A stretch of DNA of 64,000 bases from an uncultured Propionivibrio sp. (GTDB lineage Bacteria; Pseudomonadota; Gammaproteobacteria; Burkholderiales; Rhodocyclaceae). Shown here one piece after another: positions 58,393 through 64,000 of this stretch (its first letter is position 1; every line of letters starts with the position of its first letter). Location: assembly GCA_964485725.1 (NCBI GenBank), contig CAZALA010000003.1, forward strand, positions 537 to 64,536, in the 5' to 3' direction. The notes beneath the pieces are model-generated. The model saw nothing but the letters and a program-made list of their open reading frames with translations. It was not told the DNA's origin and made no database searches. Position numbers and translations under genes: made by a program.

Positions 58393-60001
58393 CGCCTGCG
58401 CCTTTCACAAGGCCATCTACACTGAGCAACGCATCCCGCAATATGCTGGGAATCCACTCATTGAGGCGTTACCCCCTCTCGGAGACGAGGCCGATGTTCT
58501 GAGGACCTTGCTGCGTCTACCCAACTTCGACGAGGCTCAACGCAAATGGGGCGACCACGAACGTATCGCCATGGTAGCCCAATTATCGAACTTCATGGTT
58601 CCCCTTGAACGCCATATCCAACTGGCATTTAGTCTCGATTCCATGATGCGTCAAGGCTACGTGGGGAGAGTTCCGCACTCCGTGCGCGCGCAAGAGGTTT
58701 TCAAGAAGCTGCATGAGAAGAGCCTAATCAGGGCAACCCCAGATATAACGCCCCAACTTTCGGCCTCACTGATTGGCACATCAGGAATGGGGAAAACATC
58801 CACCTTGAAGCGGTATTTAAGTCGAATTCCCCAGGTTATCTATCATTCAGACTATGGCCTTTACCAAGTCCCCTATCTTCACATCGAGACTCCATACGAT
58901 GGCGCGAGCGTGAAAGGCTTGGCCCAGTCGATTTTCCGGAAGGTCGACATGTTGCTTCCAGACGCGCAGTACGCGAAGCAATATGCAGAAGGGAACGCTG
59001 GCGCTGAGACGCTAATGAACCATGCAGCGCGAGTCCTTCATATGCATTGCGTAGGCCTACTAATCGTTGATGAAATTCAAAACCTACAAAACTCCCCGAA
59101 GAACCGGCAAGCCCTAATGAGCTTACTTGTGTCCGCGTCCAACGAACTCGGCGTTCCAACCCTATTCGTAGGCACCAGCAAAGCCAAAAACCTACTTTCC
59201 TTAAGCTTCCGCCAAGCGCGACGCTCCGTCGGATTTGGAATTCCGCTCTGGGAACGTCTTGATAAGGCGTCACCTAGTGAAGCAGAAGGTGGAAAGGAAG
59301 GGCCCAGCGACTGGGACGTATTCTTTGAAACTCTCTTGCATTACCAATGGGTGCGTAACCCGACTGCACTCCAGTCAAAGCGTCATCTGAGCGAACTGCT
59401 GTACGACCTATCTCAAGGCATCATAGACGTCGCCATTAAGCTTTTTGCTACAACGCAAGTTAGAGCCATCATGGACGGCTCGGAGACTATCACCGGCCAG
59501 ATACTGGCTGATGTAGCGAAGCGCGAACTGGGCATGCTGGCCCCCATGATTGACGCTCTGCGGAGAAATGATGGCGCCGCACTTCAGCAGTTCGATGACA
59601 TTGAACCCATCTCACTCAGCGAAATCATCTCTAACAGTGAGATTAGCTACGCTGGCAAGCAAGTGAGTGGCGCGTCGGTCACTCCCGATTCCCGTGCCTA
59701 CAATCAAATGCTGACATCGGCCTTGCAAGCAGTCGGCTTTGATAGTGAGAACGCCGAGTTACTCACCGCTCAGTCAACAAAGATGGGAGCAACGAATGCG
59801 ATAGACGGTGTCCAGAAAGCGCTCAAGCATGCTTCCAGTGGACCAACAGCAAAACGGACAACGAAAGACAAACCAGCCTCGTTAGTGAAATACGAAATGG
59901 GCGATTACCGGAACGTTATACAACCCGGAGAAGGCAGTGTCCTAGAAGAATTCCGCCGTCTGGCAATGCTTCCTGACTTGGATTCGCTCTTCGCCTTCTA
60001 G
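58379..60001 (+). CDS. tnsC: TnsC AAA+ ATPase
   Basis: Y.GNPLIEALP, GTSGMGKT Walker A, LLIVDEIQN Walker B, RQARR, LSQGI. Confidence 0.95.
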   Translation: MVESDACAFHKAIYTEQRIPQYAGNPLIEALPPLGDEADVLRTLLRLPNFDEAQRKWGDHERIAMVAQLSNFMVPLERHIQLAFSLDSMMRQGYVGRVPHSVRAQEVFKKLHEKSLIRATPDITPQLSASLIGTSGMGKTSTLKRYLSRIPQVIYHSDYGLYQVPYLHIETPYDGASVKGLAQSIFRKVDMLLPDAQYAKQYAEGNAGAETLMNHAARVLHMHCVGLLIVDEIQNLQNSPKNRQALMSLLVSASNELGVPTLFVGTSKAKNLLSLSFRQARRSVGFGIPLWERLDKASPSEAEGGKEGPSDWDVFFETLLHYQWVRNPTALQSKRHLSELLYDLSQGIIDVAIKLFATTQVRAIMDGSETITGQILADVAKRELGMLAPMIDALRRNDGAALQQFDDIEPISLSEIISNSEISYAGKQVSGASVTPDSRAYNQMLTSALQAVGFDSENAELLTAQSTKMGATNAIDGVQKALKHASSGPTAKRTTKDKPASLVKYEMGDYRNVIQPGEGSVLEEFRRLAMLPDLDSLFAF

Positions 60002-60004
60002 GTC

Positions 60005-61141
60005 ATGGTCCGGCATTATTACATCGCCAAACCGTTTCCCGATGAACTTATTGGCAGCGTTCTCATAAGAACGGCGCGGCATCGTGGCATTGGACTGAAG
60101 GCTTTCACGGGGTTACTGGCAACATCAAGCCAGACCAAGCTCCCCCTGCTTCTTTCCCACCATTTGGACAAGATGAGTCTCGCTACGCGAGCATCACCAA
60201 TGGAGCTGCTTCATTACCACACTCTGTTCAGGTTCATAACCGCCTTCATGTCAGCGGCTGACACTGACCGATTCGCAGCGAACATTGTGTCCGGCAACCA
60301 CGGCTCTTTAGCGTCGTTCGTGCGGTCGGTGACGGCAGGTGCTACCCGGCCACGATATTGCCCGCAATGCGTTCGAAGAGACCTTTATTGCTACGGAGAA
60401 AGCTACTGGCATCGGAGCCACAACGTTCCGTTCGTCCAATGGTGTTATCAACATCGTTCTCGATTACATGAACTCCCTAAGACGGCCGGATACGTCGCAA
60501 ACCGGTTGCCTGAAGAATGCGTTGGCGAACAGATTCAAGGTCTCACACCGCATCCAGCCTTCGACTGGCTGGCTGAACAAAGCATCAATACCTTGGAAAC
60601 GCGGTTTCGACGCTCCGTGGACGAATGGTTCGGAGTCTACCGAGAGATTGCTTTTCGGCGGGGGTTTCCGCGGGAATCCTCTGGCATCTGCGGCAGAAGC
60701 CTATGCGCTGGCCTCCATAGTTTCTTTGGCGGTGAGTTCTTCGATAAAGCTGGTTGGCAATTTACGTTCGATGGAAAGAGTTGGCCTGCGCTGATGTTCA
60801 GGGACAGCCACTCAACGGCGGTCGTTACGGGAAAGCACCTCGTCATACAGGCATTCCTTAAGTTTGCCCCCGTACCTACGAAAGAGCAGACCGCAAAGCC
60901 TGGTAAGAAACGACGCGACGTTGAGCAGTTAGATAGGCAGTGTTACCGCGTGCTTCAACGTCGGATGTCGCGAGAAACCGTTGTAGGAAGGCCGTCGGCA
61001 CATCTGCTGCTGATGGAGTTAGGGCTATGGGGCATGTATCGCCATGAGCGGAGGCAACTGCCAATGACCCGCCTCCTAGTTCGCGATTGGTACCTCGCAT
61101 ACCGGAAATTGATGAACGAACAGAAGCGTTCGTACTGCTGA
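60005..61141 (+). CDS. tnsD: TniQ/TnsD-family target selector (378 aa)
   Basis: PFPDEL..S.L.R, HTL, RYCPQC, YGESYWHR.H..P....C..H Zn finger; C-terminal extension beyond the TniQ core. Confidence 0.88.
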   Translation: MVRHYYIAKPFPDELIGSVLIRTARHRGIGLKAFTGLLATSSQTKLPLLLSHHLDKMSLATRASPMELLHYHTLFRFITAFMSAADTDRFAANIVSGNHGSLASFVRSVTAGATRPRYCPQCVRRDLYCYGESYWHRSHNVPFVQWCYQHRSRLHELPKTAGYVANRLPEECVGEQIQGLTPHPAFDWLAEQSINTLETRFRRSVDEWFGVYREIAFRRGFPRESSGICGRSLCAGLHSFFGGEFFDKAGWQFTFDGKSWPALMFRDSHSTAVVTGKHLVIQAFLKFAPVPTKEQTAKPGKKRRDVEQLDRQCYRVLQRRMSRETVVGRPSAHLLLMELGLWGMYRHERRQLPMTRLLVRDWYLAYRKLMNEQKRSYC

Positions 61142-61315
61142 AGCTGCAAACAGCGGTGGGAGCGGACTTACGTTGGAGTTAGCGTTAAACCGTGTGTAAC
61201 GCGCATTAAGCGCCGCCTCAGCGTTGCGGTACCCAGTGAAGACTTCGCGCCATACTCGTAACTCGTCATCGTACTGGTTCCTATACGTGCACCTCTCATC
61301 AGAGAAAGTGCGCGT

Positions 61316-62395
61316 ATGGAATGGATTTGTGGCGTAATTCACACGCCGTCTTGCTATGGACTGCGAACTATCGACGAGAACCAACGTGAGCGGCTTCTAC
61401 CAATAGGTGAGCTTCAATCGACGCTGGCGTGTGTCGGAAATTTGACGAAAATACGTGGAACAACCTCCTTTTCGAACTGGCGTGAACTTAATGGCACCGA
61501 GACCAAGGCGCTAGCCGAAGAGCTAGGTTTCACTGACGGCTGCAACGGCCAAAGCTTTTATGAGTTCAATGTAGGGCGTGAACGTTACCTCATTTCCTCC
61601 GGGGCTCTGATGTGCAGTATGTTCCGCCCCTTCCATGGCATCGCTAAATACCTGTTCGCTCCGCAGGGTTTGGACAACCTCTGCACTCCTTACGGCAACA
61701 AGGAAAAGCCTGAGGTGATTTTTTTCATCCCGCCTCGCACAGCTACGGGCATGCAACCAGACAAGGCTGAAGGCATTATCAATAGTCTGTCTTGGCTCCA
61801 CTGTTTTCCAAGTGCTCGACGGATGTGGTGCTCCGTCGTCGAGAATGCTGGCGCGGGTCAGTTAAAACTCATACTTCCCAAAGCGGCCATAAAGTTCAAC
61901 GGAACAGTAAGACCACTGGCGGACAACCGGGCGTTAGTCTGCCACTTCAGAATCCAATTACTTGAAACGTGCGAGGACCCATTTCCTGGTTTTTCATCCC
62001 ACACAAATTCAATTGAATTCGAAAGACTGCTTCACAAACAGGATATCGGTCACCGTCCTGGTGTAATCGAAGCTCAGAAGTCGGTCCCCAAACGAGGCGG
62101 GGAGGTCATTCTTACGGATGAGGAATGGTCAGTACTCAAGCCAATCGTCTCGCGACGTCCAACGAGATGGAATTTGAGACCGTGCATCGACTCTTATCTC
62201 GAGAAAATGACATCAGGTTTAACATGGGATTCTCTTGCGCAACATCGGGAGGAAGTTCACGCACACCACCGCACTATCACTCGGATGCGTAGTGATGGAA
62301 GGTGGAAGTCATTGATGAACGAGCTTCACAGACTTCGCTGTTCTGCCCCGGTATTGGCGGCGAGCCAAGTTTCCACCGACCCTCAGCGCAACTAA
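61316..62395 (+). CDS. Putative TnsE-N-like protein fused to a DUF4096 (IS5-type) HTH domain
   Basis: Occupies the tnsE position; N-terminal segments resemble Tn7 TnsE by eye; C-terminal LTDEEW..LKP....LR..ID.......SG..W..L......R...DG.W; stop codon lies inside a TnsB site. Confidence 0.55.
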   Translation: MEWICGVIHTPSCYGLRTIDENQRERLLPIGELQSTLACVGNLTKIRGTTSFSNWRELNGTETKALAEELGFTDGCNGQSFYEFNVGRERYLISSGALMCSMFRPFHGIAKYLFAPQGLDNLCTPYGNKEKPEVIFFIPPRTATGMQPDKAEGIINSLSWLHCFPSARRMWCSVVENAGAGQLKLILPKAAIKFNGTVRPLADNRALVCHFRIQLLETCEDPFPGFSSHTNSIEFERLLHKQDIGHRPGVIEAQKSVPKRGGEVILTDEEWSVLKPIVSRRPTRWNLRPCIDSYLEKMTSGLTWDSLAQHREEVHAHHRTITRMRSDGRWKSLMNELHRLRCSAPVLAASQVSTDPQRN

Positions 62396-62535
62396 ATTTT
62401 TAACTGTCTCGACCGCGCGGAACCTTTCCAGCGCAACTAATATTGTTCAGACCAGTTGCGGCTTTATTTAAACTTATTTTTAATTTCAGGCACTTACCTT
62501 ACGGCACGGGCGCAACTTATATTTTCACACTTCCA
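62384..62535 (-). repeat. Transposon end with three spaced TnsB-type sites, terminating in CCA
   Basis: CAGCGCAACTAAATTT 62384-62399, CAGCGCAACTAATATT 62429-62444, GGGCGCAACTTATATT 62508-62523. Confidence 0.88.
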
Positions 62536-62539
62536 TCGG
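62536..62539. repeat. Right copy of target-site duplication TCGG
   Basis: TCGG immediately follows the terminal CCA. Confidence 0.8.
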
Positions 62540-63316
62540 GATCGCGCGCTGGTCACCGACCGTGAGGGCGACGAGGACGCCGACGTACGGCGCGTCGGGC
62601 AGGACGGCGAGAAAACGCTCGCGGACGAGGTCGCGCACGCGCTCGACCAGATGAGCCGGGCGCCAGACGAAAGCGTCGAGGCGCCGGCTCGGCGCCGCTG
62701 CCCGTATGGTTCCGCTGGCGCGCAGCTTGCGCTCGAGCAGCCAGGCCTCGTAATCGTAGGCATGGGGGTTGGCAGCGCCGTGCGGGCGCTTCAGGCGCAC
62801 GGTGAAGCGCCAGCGCTCGCCGGGGCGCACGGGCTTGGCGAGCTCGCGCTCGTCCGCAGCCTCGTCCGCCGCAAGCGCCTCGACGCCCTCGCCTGCCTCG
62901 GGCTCGGCGCCATCGTCCCAGTCGCGATACCAGGACAGCAGGATGTGCCGCGGCACCCGGGCCGCCGGCGTGTGCACTGCATCGACGTCGAACTCGAAGC
63001 GCTCGCCGCGCTCGAGCCGCTGCGGCAAGGCGGCGACGACGCCGGTGATTTCGATGTCGGTCACTTCCCAGGCGCCCGGCAGTTCGTCGGACAGGCGAGT
63101 TTGAGCAAGGAGCGCGGCCCAGCAAATTCCGGTGAGCGCAAAACACAGCGAGGCGAGGATCCGCGTCGCCCAGCGCCGGCCGCGCAAGCGCCAGGCGAGC
63201 GCGCCGGCGCCGGCGGCCAGCGCCGCCAGGGCCGCGATCAGAGGCGTCGCGGGAAGTTCGGCCTGCAGCTGCAGCAGCGCGATGCCGCAGGCAAAAGCGA
63301 GGATGCAGGCGCGCAT
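62536..63316 (-). pseudogene. comEC: comEC/rec2 5' fragment (DUF4131/OB region and start of the Competence domain)
   Basis: PGERWRFTVRLKRPHG..NP..YDYEAWL, LVAL.VGDQRAIP; translation runs into the element and stops (MEV*). Confidence 0.93.
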
Positions 63317-63476
63317 GGTGCAATCAGCTCGCAGCCGAAACGATCTTCTTCATGCGCGCATTTTATGCCAAAGAGATGGGCGCGATTGAGCATTCGCGCC
63401 GATTCTGGCAGGGCTCGCATCGCTGCCCTCAAGGCAGGTTTGCGGCAAGCGCTGGCAAGTGGGCGACTGCCCTGGC

Positions 63477-64000
63477 CTATTTTTCGATCGCCTTGAGCCG
63501 CGCAGCGAGGATCTCTTCGAGCGATTCGAGCGACTTCGTGAAGCCGGCGATGCCTTCGGCGAGCTTGTCCGAGGCCATGCGATCGGCCGCGTGCATGCGC
63601 TCGAAAGCCGCCTGGTCGACGCTGATCTTCTCGATCGGCGCATGCGCGACCTTCGCAGGGTCGAGTTTACGCGGCAGCTCGCCCTGCGTCTTCTTAAGCT
63701 CGGCAAGAAGCGTCGGCGCGATCGTCAGCAGGTCGCAGCCGGCCAGCTCGGTGATTTCGCCGAGGTTGCGGAAGCTCGCGCCCATGACCTCGGTCTTGTA
63801 GCCGAAATGCTTGTAATAGTTGTAGATCTGCGTCACCGAAACGACGCCGGGGTCCTCGGCCGGCGCGTAGGCGTCGCGGCCCGAGGCTTTCCTGTGCCAG
63901 TCGAGGATGCGGCCGACGAAAGGCGAAATCAGCGTCACCCCGGCCTCCGCGCAGGCAACCGCCTGATGCAGGCCGAAGAGCAGCGTCAGGTTGCAGTGGA
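63477..64000 (-). CDS. tal: Transaldolase, 3' part (runs off the window)
   Basis: [47 protein letters not shown]. Confidence 0.93.
   Translation of the reverse strand, partial: HCNLTLLFGLHQAVACAEAGVTLISPFVGRILDWHRKASGRDAYAPAEDPGVVSVTQIYNYYKHFGYKTEVMGASFRNLGEITELAGCDLLTIAPTLLAELKKTQGELPRKLDPAKVAHAPIEKISVDQAAFERMHAADRMASDKLAEGIAGFTKSLESLEEILAARLKAIEK

Larger units (their letters stand above)
17377..62535. mobile_element. Complete Tn7-like transposon / defence island (~45.2 kb) inserted in comEC
   Basis: tnsABC-tniQ core; inverted termini with repeated 16-bp sites; flanking TCGG duplication; split comEC rejoins in frame; abrupt drop in GC. Confidence 0.95.

Noticed and set aside
61142-61315. 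Possible guide RNA or minus-strand ORF (61076-61384) between tnsD and the last gene
   Set aside because: No convincing complementarity to the comEC target; the ORF overlaps both neighbours antisense and has no motifs.
62100-62395. Inserted IS5-family element
   Set aside because: Only the HTH-like part is present, in frame within a larger ORF; no DDE domain, inverted repeats or duplication.
62524-62530. TGTGAAA (minus strand) as a canonical TGT transposon terminus
   Set aside because: It has no in-register counterpart at the left end and would leave extra bases that do not rebuild comEC; the TGG/CCA pair aligns exactly.
17377-62535. CRISPR-associated transposon (CAST)
   Set aside because: No cas-like ORF and no repeat-spacer array seen; the repeated 16-mers are confined to the ends and fit TnsB sites.
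62456-63496. 346-aa plus-strand ORF spanning the right junction
   Set aside because: Antisense to the comEC 5' fragment and chimeric across the transposon end; no recognisable domain.

Overview
This window comes from a high-GC bacterial chromosome, probably a betaproteobacterium (inferred from gene content). It is interrupted by a complete, lower-GC ~45.2-kb Tn7-like transposon (17377-62535) inserted inside the competence gene comEC. Removing the element and one TCGG copy rebuilds an in-frame comEC (...GDQRAIP-N-P-QWLTFSRTG...). The element has atypical TGG...CCA termini, an apparent 4-bp target duplication instead of 5 bp, and 16-bp TnsB-type sites at both ends. Its core is tnsA-tnsB-tnsC-tniQ/tnsD plus an unusual TnsE-N-like/IS5-type HTH gene, transcribed toward the nearer end. 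The ~38-kb cargo is a defence island. It holds a Druantia-like giant-helicase operon with an extra SF1 helicase-nuclease, a UDG-superfamily gene, type II CBASS (CD-NTase, Cap2, Cap3, HNH-SAVED), a CapW WYL regulator, Wadjet jetABCD, a second SLATT+SMODS cyclase pair, a PIN protein and a LexA-boxed accessory module. The host flanks carry a DSD1-family dehydratase, a MOSC protein, an fdrA/ylbE/ylbF-allS cluster, an Hsp33 lacking its zinc cysteines, an HDOD protein, a methyltransferase, a hydrolase, REP-like elements and transaldolase. All family calls come from motif recognition by eye; no database searches were run.
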